Assembly: GCF_030684315.1 (NCBI RefSeq)
Contig: NC_081355.1
Span: 16,234,761 to 16,298,760 of the forward strand
Length of the DNA stretch: 64,000 bases
From: Stegostoma tigrinum
Taxonomy: Eukaryota
Direction of reading: 5' to 3'
Part shown: positions 1 to 11,690 of the stretch, one piece after another
Layout: every line of letters begins with the position of its first letter
How positions within the stretch are numbered: position 1 is the first letter of the stretch
Notes under the pieces: model-generated
The model's database searches: none
Told to the model about the DNA's origin: nothing
The model's input: the letters and a program-made list of their open reading frames with translations, nothing else
Translations under genes and position numbers: made by a program

Positions 1-299
1 AAACCAATAAGTCTACACAACGCTCTTCTATTCAAATAGTTAAATGAACTAATAATTTAGAGTGATTCTGGATTTAGTCAGTGCCAGTAATACTCCTTCT
101 TCCTCAGTAAGGTTGAACCCAGGCTTTTAAAAGAAGTGGATTAATCAGCATCAACTACCATGAAACCACATGGAAATTTAAAGGTTTTCAATTCTGAACA
201 GACACTGGTAAGTGGGGAGCTTTGATGCGGTGCTACGACAATAATATAGCCAAAACCAGCAAACAGTGCAGCTAATAAAATAAACTTTTTGGCTCAGCC

Positions 300-3104
300 A
301 CCTTGGTCCAAGGGCAAGTTAATTTATTTCTGGGTACTACAATGAGTTAAACAGCTCAGAAACTTTTCAAGTTTAATGAATAAAAGTCACATAGGGACAC
401 GATGGTTAAAATGTAGCAACACAATTGTGGGGCTCAGGTGACCTTTGACTGAATTGAATCTTGTCTGAATCCCTTCACAATGTTACTTGCCACTGATTAT
501 ACTGGAGTTTGATACACTCTCTGGTATTAAGTGTACATTGTATATGTGTAAATTTCTATCTATTTAAAAAAAACTCTTTCGCCTCAACCTTTTCATAGGA
601 ACTCAGCAGAAAACCTTAAATAGCATCTTTCTATAAATATTGTATTAAGATTGTTGCCCGTTAAGAACTAGTTAAAGGGGCATTGGGTGGGCTTTAATTA
701 GCCCAATCAGGGTCTTAGCTGTGAACCAGCGGAGCGCCCCTGCTGTTTCCTGCAAAGGCCCAACATTATTAAATGCCCTTGAGGCATGTAAATGGCTGCC
801 ATTGAGCCTGCCCTGGGATTAAGGACGCTGATGTTGGATGCCCTGGCTGCCGGAAGCCAATAGCTCCCCACAATGTCTCCAGCTGATGCTGACTGTAATG
901 TGTTCACTGGATCCCCAGGTTGGTGAGGGCGCCATAGGCCACAGGTGACGGAGGGCACCATGCAAGTCAGGATTGTAGTGAGGAGCTGGTGACTTCCAGT
1001 GCCACCACCCTTCTTTAATACAAGTCCCTTGATCAGGCACAGAAGTAACCACCACTAAAGAGGTGCTGGAAAATCTGACAGGGTTATCCAGGCTATCTGT
1101 AGGAAAAGCCCATACAATCACATGGATTTTAATGTTGCCAAAAGACTTACGTGGAGTGTCTCCCGGATTAAGTGATATGTACCCCAATTAAATAAATTCA
1201 GCCCATTTAATCATAAACTCACATCTAAACAAGATTGAGCCCCAGTATATAGAAATTACTGGTGCACTGAATTCTGAACTGAATTGAAATGGATACAGCC
1301 CCTTTAAAATAGTTAAAAGCAGCTTCAAAACATATTCAGCCACAACACAAAACATTTTGACTTTGGATTCCAAACTTAATTGACAATGTCCCCATATGAT
1401 GGAGAATATTCTAACTTGTCACATTAAAAATATATTCTTGTGATCTATTTCATGCATCCAACCACTTCCACTTTCATTAATGCATTTCAACATATCCTAC
1501 ACTATGGTGAAGTACAGTAACAATGCTTTAGCTTAAGGACAATATATTACCTTACTAACCTGACTTGCTCCTCGCTCAATTGGCAATATGTTTGTTCCAT
1601 CTCAAAGGCTTCAATCCTCCAAAGTACATACCCCATAGCACTAAAATCAACATTTTTAAATTTAGGAGCCTAGCTCTCCTGTTAACCAGGTAGAGGGAAG
1701 AACAGTCACCTGTACTGTACCATTAAGGATTGCTTACTGAATATCAGAATTCAAAACGTTTGTCATTTTGTTTCAAATCTACTACCCACGCTTGGATGTA
1801 ACGCACATACACATTATTACTCAAGTATGTGGCAAATCAAAGCTTAGAATAATGCAAGACCATTGCTTTTGGAAACTTTCTGCTTCTGACAAAATCCACA
1901 CCCTTCATGCTATGGCGAGCTGTGAGCCTCCAGCAGCAAATGAGTGGCGAGTTTACACACTGACTCCAACATCTGCTTAAATCCATTAACTACAAAGGGA
2001 AGCCATGGTCAGCACAGGGTCTAAGGAAAAACTGCTGCAAATGCTACATGCAGCAACATCTTAAATGTATTCTGAAAGCCCTTGGAATACCCTATTCAAT
2101 AATGAAAAAATCTTCACCCAACAGTCATATAAAATAAAGGTCAAAGTTCTGATCTTCAGCCAGTGCAGAACCACTGTGACACATACTCAACGCGAACAAT
2201 TATCTTACCTTCTCTGGCCAGAGGAAGTCAAGAAAATTTTACTGCAACACTATTTCAAGGAGAAATGCAAAGCTATTACTAAGAAAGAGGCCAATTTAAT
2301 GTTGTGCTTTACAATCCCACCACTTTTACCATTATTACTTAAATGTAGTGAATAAGGCAATACTGGTTACCTCTTTTAGGCCCTTCTGTGGCTCAATTCT
2401 ATCAGCATTTCATAATGTGTAAAATAAACTTTTTTGAAATAGCAAATGTGCATCAGTGGGCAGTAGTAGGGCTGGGTGGGGGTGGAATCCTTTGCCGTCA
2501 CTAAAGAGGCCTACAAAGATAAAATAAAAACATTGCAGAATTGAAGGATTAATGATAAAACATCTTAAATTAATTAGCTTTGGATGGAAGTACACAATTG
2601 TCAGAAGAAAGTTTTAACACACAGCTAGGTTGTTGGCCTGTCAACATCAGCACACTGTCTCTTAAAGACCCGGTATTCTCACTGATACGGTGAATGTTCC
2701 TGTTACATAAGTAGGCCACAAGTAAAGTCAACGTAAACATATCACGTACAACAGCATACTCAATAAATTTTCCTAATCACTTCAATTAGATACGAAAACA
2801 AAAAAAAACAAAAAAAGCAATACTTTTACCTAGGTATAAATACTTCTGAACAATCCTGATTTTAAATTTTAAAAAGCTGTCAGAACTTTAGTGCCAATAC
2901 ACGACATCTCTTTCTAGCTCTTGCTTCTCATCAGCATCGTATGATGAACAGAGCTGGCGGCGGGGCGGGCGGGGGGGGGGGGGGGGGGGGGCGGTTGGTG
3001 ATGACCGAACGTCAGGAGCAGCAGTTGGTTGTCAGTTGATGTTTCTAGCTGTGCCTTGTCCAGGCATTAGTGGCGTCTCCTGCCTCAGTTCATGCTCAGT
3101 CACC
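300..3104 (-). other. FHOD3: Putative FHOD3 3' UTR (end uncertain)
   Basis: Lies downstream of the stop and is AT-rich and largely repeat-poor. Candidate poly(A) signals on the minus strand: ATTAAA at 2295-2300 and AATAAA at 323-328. Confidence 0.4.
2958..2994. repeat. G-rich tract with a 21-G homopolymer (poly-C in the mRNA)
   Basis: cggcggggcgggc followed by G21 at 2971-2991. Confidence 0.9.
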
Positions 3105-3187
3105 TCACACCTGCATCTCCGAGGTGGTGAGTAAACCCAATGCTTTGGCCTCTTCTGGCGTCAGGCCACTCTTTAATGTTCTTCTCA
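3105..3187 (-). CDS. FHOD3: FHOD3 terminal coding exon (LRRTLKSGLTPEEAKALGLLTTSEMQV*)
   Basis: Acceptor ctctttacag at 3188, phase 1 continues the frame, stop TGA at 3107-3105. Matches the FHOD3 C-terminus LRRTLKSGLTPEEA. Not in the ORF track. Confidence 0.93.
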
Positions 3188-3225
3188 CTGTAAAGAGGAT
3201 AAATTCACAACAGGTTATCAAGGTC

Positions 3226-3435
3226 TCACTTGTAACGTAAATAAAAACCAAAAGAACAGCGGATGTAGTAAATCAGGAACAAAAACAAAGTTACTGGAAA
3301 AGCTCAGCAGGTCTGCCAGCACCTGTGAAGAAAAAAATAAGAGTTAAAGTTTCGGGTCCAGTGACCGTTTCTCAGAACATATATGAGAACTGCTGAGCTT
3401 TTCCAGCAACTTTGTTTCTGTTCTTCACTTGTAAC
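3226..3435. mobile_element. Fold-back PLE-terminus insertion (family B) with 11-bp TSD
   Basis: Inverted arms (acaaagttactggaaaagctcagcag / ctgctgagcttttccagcaactttgt). TSD tcacttgtaac at 3226-3236 and 3425-3435. Confidence 0.8.
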
Positions 3436-3509
3436 ATGCGTTTGTATAGCACTCGGGGGTCGGAGAAAACACGCCCCACACTTTTCAGAATGCAAAGTTG
3501 AATCCCTCT

Positions 3510-5713
3510 CACATCAGGCATTTATTGAGCAGTTCTACAGATTTCAGTTCTAAACTGGGGCAAGCCAAATTTCGATGGAATTAGACAGGAGCTTGCAGGT
3601 GATTGATTAGAGCGGTTTGTTTGCAGGCAAAGAAAGCTCTGGCAAGTGGGAGGCCTTTAAAAGTATGATAGCTAGGGTTTAAAGTCTATATGTTCCTGTG
3701 GGGGTGATGGGCAAGATTGGCAGGAGTAGGGAACCCTGGATGACAAGAGATATTGAGGCTTTGATCAGAAAAAAGAAGGTATGGCTCAGGAACAGGCAGC
3801 TGGGATCAAGGACTATATAGATGGAGGTATATAGTGAATGTAGGAGTTATTTGAAGAAATCAGGAGAATGAAAAGGAGGCATGAGATAGCTTTGGCTGAT
3901 GAAGATGAGAGAGAATCCAAAGAGATTCTATGAGTATATTAAAGGGAAAAAAAACTAGAGAGAGATAATAGGACCCCTCAAGGACCAAAGTGGGCACAGC
4001 AGGTGGGTGAGGTCCTCACTGAATATTTCTTCTGGGTTCCCTGTGGAGAAAGACAAGACAACTTGGGAACTTGGGGAAGTGGTGGCAACATCTTGTGGTC
4101 AGTCCACATCATGGTAGGGGTGGTGTTGGAAATATTAGAATATATGAAGGTGCATAAATCTCCTGGTCCTGATCAGATATATCTAAGAACCCTGCAAGAG
4201 GTTAAAGAAGAAATTGTGGGGGCCCTGGCTGATACATATCATCATTAGACCCGCATGAGGTCATGGAAGACCGGAGAGTAGTGAATGTTACGCCCTTATT
4301 CAAAAAGGGCTGAAAAGAAAAACCTGGAAATTATAGACCAGTAAGCCTAACATCTGTGTTTGATAAGTTACTTGAGGAAGTTCTGAGGGATAAGATATAC
4401 ATGCATTTACAAAGACAGGATTTTTTTTTAGGAGTAATCAGCACTGCTTTGTGCGTGAGAAATCATACGTCACAAATTTGTTAGAATTCTTTGATGAAGT
4501 GACTAGGAAGGCTGATGAAGGCAGGGTGGTAGACATAGTCCACATGGATTTCAGTAAGACCTTTGATAAGGCTCCACATGGTAGACTGACCTGGAAGGTT
4601 AGATCACATAGAATCCAGGGACAGCTGGCAAATTGGACACACAATTGGCTTGACGATAGGAAGCAGAGAGTAATAGTGAGAGGATGCTTGTTGGACTGGA
4701 GGCCTGTGACTAGTGGTGTGCCTTAGAGGTCAGTTCTGGGCCATTGCTGTTTGTTACCTATATCAACAATTTGGATGAGAACGTGCAAGACATGGCAGAT
4801 GACATAAAAATTGGCGGTATTGTGGACAGTGGGGAAGGTGATCAGAAATTGCAGCAGGATCTTGATAAACTGGGGAAGTGGGCAAAGAAAAGGCAAATGG
4901 AGTTTAATATAGAGAAGTGTGAGATGTTGTATTTTGGACAGTCAATTCAAGATAGGGGTTTCATGGTGAATGGGAGAGGCTTAAGGCGTGTAGTCGAACA
5001 GACAGACCATAAAGTTCAGGTGCAGTCTCTGAAAGTGGAGTGGCAGGTAGGTAGGTTAGTGAAGGCAGCATTTGGTATGCTTGCCTTTATTGGTCAGTGC
5101 ATTCAGTGTAGGAGTTAGGAGATCATGTTGTTTCTGTAGAGGGTGTTGATAAGGCCACTTTTGGAATACCATGGGTAACTCTGGTCTCCATGCTACAGGA
5201 AGGATGCTAGGAAAATTGAAAGGGTTCAGAAAAGATTGGCACGGATGTTGCCAGGGTTTGAGGCATAGAGAGAGGCTGAATAGGCTGAGGCTATTGTCTG
5301 TGGGGTGTTGGAGGCTCAGAGGTAACTTTATAGATATTTATATAATCACGAGGGGCATGAATAAGGTAAATAGACAAGATATTTTCCCCAGGGTGGGTGA
5401 GTCCAAAACTAGAGGGCATGGATTTTAGGTGAAAGGGGAAAAACTTAAGAGAGACCGAAGGGGCAATGTTTTCCACACAGGGTGCTGTATGTATGGATTG
5501 ATCTAGCAGAGGAAGTGGTAGAGGCTGGTACCATTACAACATTTAAAAACGTATCTGGATGGGTAGTAAATAAATAGGAAAGGTTTGTAGGGATATGGGG
5601 ATATGGGCCAGATGCTGGAAAATGGGACTAGATTAACTTAGGATATCTGGTCAGCATGAACGAGTTGGACCAAAGGATCTGTTTCGGTGCTCAATATCTC
5701 TGTGACTCTATGA
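3510..5713 (+). mobile_element. CR1-type LINE, 5'-truncated and decayed (RT ORF2 remnants plus 3' UTR)
   Basis: ORFs 4003-5428 carry KSPGPDQIY, TNLLEFF, DFSKTFDKAPH, VTSGVP and WQMEFN-like motifs with stops and frameshifts. Tail ends ...gactctatga. Confidence 0.9.
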
Positions 5714-6059
5714 TATGGTGTAGTTGTGGAAAATAATGTAGATCCATTTGAGGGGAAATTAGAGAAGTGCAAAGAAGAATGCAGCAGAAGGATATACTAG
5801 ACAGTTAGTCAGACGGGAAGAGGCTCATGAATCATAATCACTTAGAGACACTAGTTGGAAAGAATGACATAGTACTTTACGTAAATTTCTGGCTATGAGA
5901 AAAATGGGATGTATTTCTGACTTTCTTGTTTCTGCAAAGATGTGACATTTACTCTTCCCAAACTCTACTGCAAAGTATTTTTTTTAAACTGAGACTGCAA
6001 TAACAAATTAAGGAGAATTTTGAGTTCTGTTCACAAGTCAGACCACACCTAGAATACCA

Positions 6060-6340
6060 TAAAACTGTATTATAATTGTACAGTACAGAAAATGCCCAAT
6101 ACTGCCAAAGTTAAGCTAAATCTACACTAGTCTCACTTCTCAGCACTTGGCTCATAGCCTTAAACTTTATGACATTTCAAGCACTCATCGATTTAATTTT
6201 TGAAGGTTGTGAGGTTACCAGCCTCTACTATCCTCCCAGGCCATGCATTCTAGATCCGCACCACTCTCTGGGTGAAATGTTGTTCCTCAAATCCCCTCTA
6301 AACCTTCATCTTTGATTTTAAAATTACGTCCCCTTGTCTG
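6060..6340 (-). mobile_element. CR1 3' end fragment
   Basis: Reverse-complement similarity to the CR1 3' ends elsewhere in the window (accactctctgggtgaaa...cccctctaaacctt). Confidence 0.55.
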
Positions 6341-6352
6341 AGGAAAAATAGA

Positions 6353-6556
6353 CTGGCACTGGATATAGTGATAATGGGAACTGCAGATACTGGAGAATCC
6401 AATATAACAAAAGTGTGGAGCTGGATGAACACAGCAGGCCAAGCAGCATCTCAGGAGCGCAAAAGCTGACGTTTCAACTTTTGTGATCCTGAGATGCTGC
6501 TTGGCCTGCTGTGTTCATCCAGCTTCACACTTTGTTATCCTGGCACTGGATATAGT
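6353..6556. mobile_element. Fold-back PLE-terminus insertion (family A) with 17-bp TSD
   Basis: ~65-bp inverted arms. Perfect TSD ctggcactggatatagt at 6353-6369 and 6540-6556. Confidence 0.88.
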
Positions 6557-6586
6557 CCAGAGATGGTTCATTGTATTCAATCAGTA

Positions 6587-6835
6587 AAGGAATCCAGAGT
6601 TAGTAGGAACTTCAGATGCTAGAGAATCTGAGATAACAAGGCATACAGCTGGATCAACACAGCAGGCCAAGCAACAGAGGAGCAGGAAAAGCTGACGATT
6701 TTGGCCTAGACTCTTCTGCAGAAAGTTTTCTCAAGAAGAGTCTAGGCCCAAAATGTCAGCCTTCCTGCTGCTCTGATGCTACCTGGTCTGTTGTGTTCAT
6801 CCAGCTCGACACCTTGTTAGCAAGGAATCCAGAGT
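6587..6835. mobile_element. Fold-back PLE-terminus insertion (family A variant) with 14-bp TSD
   Basis: Inverted arms with decayed hammerhead cores. TSD aaggaatccagagt at 6587-6600 and 6822-6835. Confidence 0.85.
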
Positions 6836-7249
6836 GATGGGGTAAAAATAAAACAGAGTGTTTTATTTTTAGAAAGCGGAGTTGAGGATTATCAGGTCAG
6901 CTACAATCTCATTGGATGGCGAAGCAGCCAGGATGAGGCAAATGGCCTACTTCTGCCATTAAGCCTAATGGTCTAACATTCCACACTCTTCTTCAGCAAG
7001 TACACCTGCATCAATCTTCTCCTTTGTGAGGGCAGAAGCAAAGTGGTCAATAAGAACCAAAATCTTCTGCATCCATATGCAAATTTCCATGTGTGTTTCT
7101 GATAGGCCATAATCTTTCCTTAGTCATCCTCTGGCTCTTAATATACTCATAAAACACCTTGATTTTACTGCTAATTTGTTTTTCTGCATCTTCTCTTTGC
7201 TTTCCTAATTTCCTCCTTTACTTTATGCCTGTAGACAACATACCCCAAT

Positions 7250-7475
7250 GAGGGTTGACTCGCATAGTTGGCTGTATGCCTGGTTTGCAATGCAGAATGA
7301 TGCCAATGGCCTGGATTCAATTCCCACACTGACTGAGGTTACTGTGAAGATCCCACTTTCTCACATTCTCCCTTTGCCTCAGGCGTGGTGGCCCTCTGGT
7401 TAAGTCACCACAAATCATCTCACTCTAATGAGAGTGCAGTCCTTTGGTCCTCTTGGACAACTGTGACTTTCTGTT
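7250..7475 (+). mobile_element. SINE-like repeat (second copy at 63590-63810), inserted within a decayed minus-strand LINE region (~7000-8300)
   Basis: Shares tgcctggttt.caat.cagaatgatgccaa...ctgaggttac..tgaaga...atgagag..cag with 63590-63810. Confidence 0.6.
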
Positions 7476-8444
7476 ACTGTAATCCTGCCGGCCTATGACA
7501 GTCACAAAAACCTAATACTGTCATAAGCTTTTCTTTGCTGCATCTTAACCTGTATGTTAACCATGGGCTCGAGATTTGGCAGTACCACCCTTCCTCCATG
7601 TTGGGACATGTCAACACTTTGCCCATAGAATCCCACGTTCAAATACTTCTCATTGATTTGTCACCAATTTTCCTTCAAGTAGCTGCATTTGATCCACTTT
7701 CACAGATCACCCCTTAGCTCAATTATTTTTTACCTCAAATTAAAATTTCTATCCACATTCTACCTTTGCCCTTTCCCATGATGTTAAATCTGTGTTACAG
7801 CCACAATCTTCCAAATGTTCACCCATCACTACTTGGTCCACTCATTCAGCTTCATTTCCCAAGATGAAATAAAGTACAGCACAGCCCCACCCACCACCAC
7901 TCCAACTCCATCACTGGCTTATTTAAGTTTTGGCTAAAAAGGTTTTTCTGAACGTAGTTCAAATAATTTTATGCCCTTTGTGCCTTTCTCATTGTTTTTA
8001 TCTCAGTTGATATTTGGGCAGTTGAGTGCCCAACTATTATTGCTCCTTTTTTTTTGCATTCAGAAATGTGTGTACATATTTACCTACCTTCCCACTATTT
8101 GGGGTCTCATTGTACACAGAGCCGCTTGTGTTAACTTCCCTCATCTTTGATGGCTTCCTGACAACTAGATTGGATTCCTTAAATCAATAATGCCCCAACA
8201 GCCCCTACTCCAAATCTTTTTTTTTAAATCCACTCTCTATCCTGTCTGAAAACTTTGTCTCTTGGGATGCTGAGCTCCCTTTCATGTCTTCTTTCTTCCA
8301 ACTTTTCGCTTTAGCCCAGGTAGCTCGAGTTAAAAAGACTCCTGATTCTTGCCAGACCGGAATTTCTCCAGCAGTTGCTGTTTTTGTTCCAGTATTTGCA
8401 TCTCTATGGTTTTCCTGACAGCCCTAGTTGGGCAGGGACAGCAG

Positions 8445-9278
8445 CCCAAGATGACTTTCCATATTAAGCAGAGGTTCACCTGCACATCTGCCAATGTGGT
8501 ATACTGCATCCATTGTACCCGGTGTGGCTTCCTCTACATTGGGGAACCAAGCGGAGGCTTGGGGACCGCTTTGCAGAACACCTCCGCTCAGTTTGCAATA
8601 AACAATTGCACCTCCCAGTCGCAAACCATTTCCACTCCCCCTCCCATTCTTTCGATGATATGTCCATCATGGGCCTCCTGCAGTGCCACAATGATGCCAC
8701 CCGAAGGTTGCAGGAACAGCAACTCATATTCCGCTTGGGAACCCTGCAGCCCAATGGTATCAATGTGGACTTCACCAGTTTCAAAATCTTCTCTTCCCCC
8801 ACCGCATCCCAAAACCAACCCAGTTCGTCCCCTCCCCCCACTGCACCACACAACCAGCCCAGCTCTTCCCCTCCACCTACTACATCCCAAAACCAGTCCA
8901 ACCCGTCTCTGCTTCGCTAACCTGTTCTTCCTCTCACCCATCCCTTCCTCCCACCCCAAGCCGCACCTCCATCTCTTACCTACTAACCTCATCCCACCTC
9001 CTTGACCTGTCCGTCTTCCCTGGACTGACCTATCCCCTCCCTACTTCCCCACCTATACTCTCCTCTCCACCTATCTTCTTTTCTCTCTATCTTTGGTCAA
9101 CCTCCCCCTCTCTCCCTATTTATTCTAGAACCCTCACCCCATCCCCCTCTCTGATGAAGGGTCTAGGCCCGAAACGTCAGCTTTTGTGCTCCCGAGATGC
9201 TGCTGGGCCTGCTGTGTTCATCCAGCCTCACATTTTATTATCCTGGATTCTCCAGCATCTGCAGTTCCCATTGTCACT
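8445..9278 (+). mobile_element. Penelope-like element 3' fragment: GIY-YIG endonuclease, hammerhead motif and terminal repeat
   Basis: FTCTSANVVYCIHCTRCGFLYIGE / TKRRLGDRFAEHLRSV...LQPNGINVDF is a GIY-YIG domain, broken by a 1-nt frameshift near 8546. It ends in the same 3' terminus used by family A fold-backs. Confidence 0.9.
9151..9180 (+). ncRNA. Minimal hammerhead ribozyme motif (PLE type)
   Basis: CTGATGA-A-GGGTCTAGGCCC-GAAAC-GTC: conserved CUGAUGA and GAAA boxes, stem II GGG/CCC, palindromic ACGU helix III and a GUC cleavage triplet. Confidence 0.8.
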
Positions 9279-10065
9279 GGCAGCAGTGTTGGTTTTGCCC
9301 AAAATATGTAAATTCTTAAATCTGTTCGCTTCCTACTCACCTGTGTGGATCAGCTGTGCCAGATCTGCTCTTGAGCAATTAGACTTAGATTTTATTGTCA
9401 ATGGTACTCAAGTGCAGGAATACAGGAGTACAGAGAAAAGTGGTCAAAATCACCATTCTCCAGCTCCATCTTAGTAATAAAAACAGAAGCAGACATAAAA
9501 GATACAGGCAAAAGAAGAGGAAATGTCCAGATCACTTGCCCACAGAAAAACAAAGCCACAAGGTTCATCCTTCAGTCTGAGAAGCACTCAGGTGCTGCAT
9601 GTCCCTGCACGTTACCGCAGCTGGCGTATCCCTCCCTCTGCCATCAGGTACCTGAGCCCAGTCATGGCCTGCAGCTACGTCGCTGCCAGTCTCACCATTC
9701 TTCGATGCCACCCTTGCCTCCAGCGGTGTCTTCGCCATGAGTCTGCACTGGGCAAATCCCGGCGATGCAGCAACCACGGAAGCAGCCAGGTCCCAATCTA
9801 GGCTCAAACTGGCGCTGGGTCCCCCAGATTGAAGCAGCCGGTGCCTCTTCTGGCTAATGTTGTGGCCGCTGCCGCCTCTTGGGACCACCAGTTCAGCAAT
9901 AAAATGGGACGAGTGAAGTATGGCTCACCGCGAATGCATCTGGTATTGCATTCTCTCAGGGAGACAATGGAGGTCTACCTTCAGCAGAGTGAAGGGGTTG
10001 TTCATTTGCTTGCCTCTTGAGAAGGAGGAACAGCTAAGAACAGGTAGACATCACTCTCAGGCAAA

Positions 10066-10244
10066 TCACACGTTAGTATAAAAACCAAAAGAATTGTGGA
10101 TGCTCTCAATCAGGAGCAAAAACAAAATTGCTGGAAAAGCTCAGCAGGTCTGGCAGCATCTGTGACTGAGAAAACAGAGTTAATGTTTCAGGTCCGGCGG
10201 CCATTCCTCAGGAACTGTTCCATTTTTGTTTCACACCTTAATAT
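10066..10244 (-). mobile_element. PLE-terminus insertion (family B), mostly single-armed, with degenerate 14-bp TSD
   Basis: Same terminus as 3237-3380. Flanks tcacacgttagtat / tcacaccttaatat. Confidence 0.65.
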
Positions 10245-11148
10245 CTTTAGTCTTCTTAACCCAGCGAGCTCTACCTTTAATACTCTGGCTTTCCCTCTTG
10301 CCCTCCTTTCCTTCCCCATTAACGTGCCAGATAAAGCGAAAAAGGTTTGCAGATAGGCGCCAGTGATACATCAAAATTCTAACTTTGTTGTAAACTGACA
10401 AAACAAAGCAAGACGAAGAAACAATCATTTAATACAAATCATATTTTCCTTTGCTGAATACAAACAAAAGGGCAAAGTGGGTGAAGAGTTCTCTAAATGT
10501 GCGCAAGGAAACTTTTCTTTAATCGGTTTCCTTCCTGGCCACCAAAGCATGGAATCGGGCTGGACCTGCCTCTGGGCAGTAAACTGGGTCAAGTGCTGCA
10601 CATTTCAATGGGAATGCAGTAGGGATGAAATGACTAACTTTGGAGCAGATAAGGAAAAAGACAAAAATCCATCAAAGGTAAAAGTCCCTGCATAAAGGAA
10701 GCTCAATTCCAGAGAGTTCAAAGTGAATTTGGCCCTGTTGTGATACAGTCAAAAATTGGCATGTAACCCAGAGACTGAGCATTGCGAGGCTTTCAAAGAG
10801 GTGATTGTACAGACAGACCAGATGTTATCCAGGAGGGGGAAAGGCAGGGCATCTAAAGCTACAGCTTGCTGAGTTACGAAAGGTAAAGATATTAAAAACA
10901 GGCAGCAAAAAATACCTTATGATGTATGCCAGATTCATAATTCAGTGAAGAGCCAAAATTTAAATAGAAGATGGAGGCAATCAAGTGGGCTGAGAGACTG
11001 CATGAGAATGGATTAGTGCGCAACTTAAAGAAAACGATGAAACTTTTTTTTAAAACATGGATAATGTAAAGAACATAGTTAAAAAGGAGGGCCTGGGAGT
11101 GGGGGCGGGGGAAGTGAGAGATCTTCTGGCAGTGGAACAATATGACTG

Positions 11149-11351
11149 AGGTACACTCCAGGAACAGCAGATGCTGGAGAATCTTAGATAACAAGGTGTA
11201 GGGCTAGATGAACACAGCAGGCCAAGCAGCAGAGGAGCAGGAAAGTTTGATGTTTTGGTTCCCTGAAATGTCAAGCTTTCCTGCTCCTCTGATGCTGCTT
11301 GGCCAGCGGTGTTCATCCAGCTCTACAGCTTGTTATCTTAGGTACACTCCA
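11149..11351. mobile_element. Fold-back PLE-terminus insertion (family A variant) with 12-bp TSD
   Basis: Inverted arms. Perfect TSD aggtacactcca at 11149-11160 and 11340-11351. Confidence 0.85.
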
Positions 11352-11660
11352 AGTTGTTTGTTATCTATTCACTCAGGGCAAAATGCTTCCGATGGGAGAA
11401 TTGCTGTCTGGCCATGCCATCTCACTGTGCCATACAGACTGCTGCTCATGAAGAAGGTTACTGCCACCATCCTTTAGTTGGTGGAAACTACAGTGTGCGC
11501 TCAGCTTAACGTGGCTGAGGAAACCACAAGAAGAGCTTCCTGCAGTAAACAAGATATAGTGACATTGTCGTGAGACACATTATCACAAAGACTTGGAAAA
11601 TGACTAGACTCTAAGCCCCAATCCTTTGAGATCCTAAGCTGTTTTGCCCCCAGTCTATTT

Positions 11661-11690
11661 CTGAAGAAGGGTCCTGACCCGAAACGTCAG
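11661..11690 (+). ncRNA. Hammerhead-like motif in a solo PLE terminus (~11640-11770)
   Basis: CTGAAGA-A-GGGTCCTGACCC-GAAACGTC (CUGANGA variant, stem GGGUC/GACCC). Confidence 0.65.

Noticed and set aside
6353-6556. Fold-backs as DNA-transposon MITEs or miRNA genes
   Set aside because: The arms match PLE 3' ends, TSDs are long and variable, junctions differ between copies and the ends are asymmetric.
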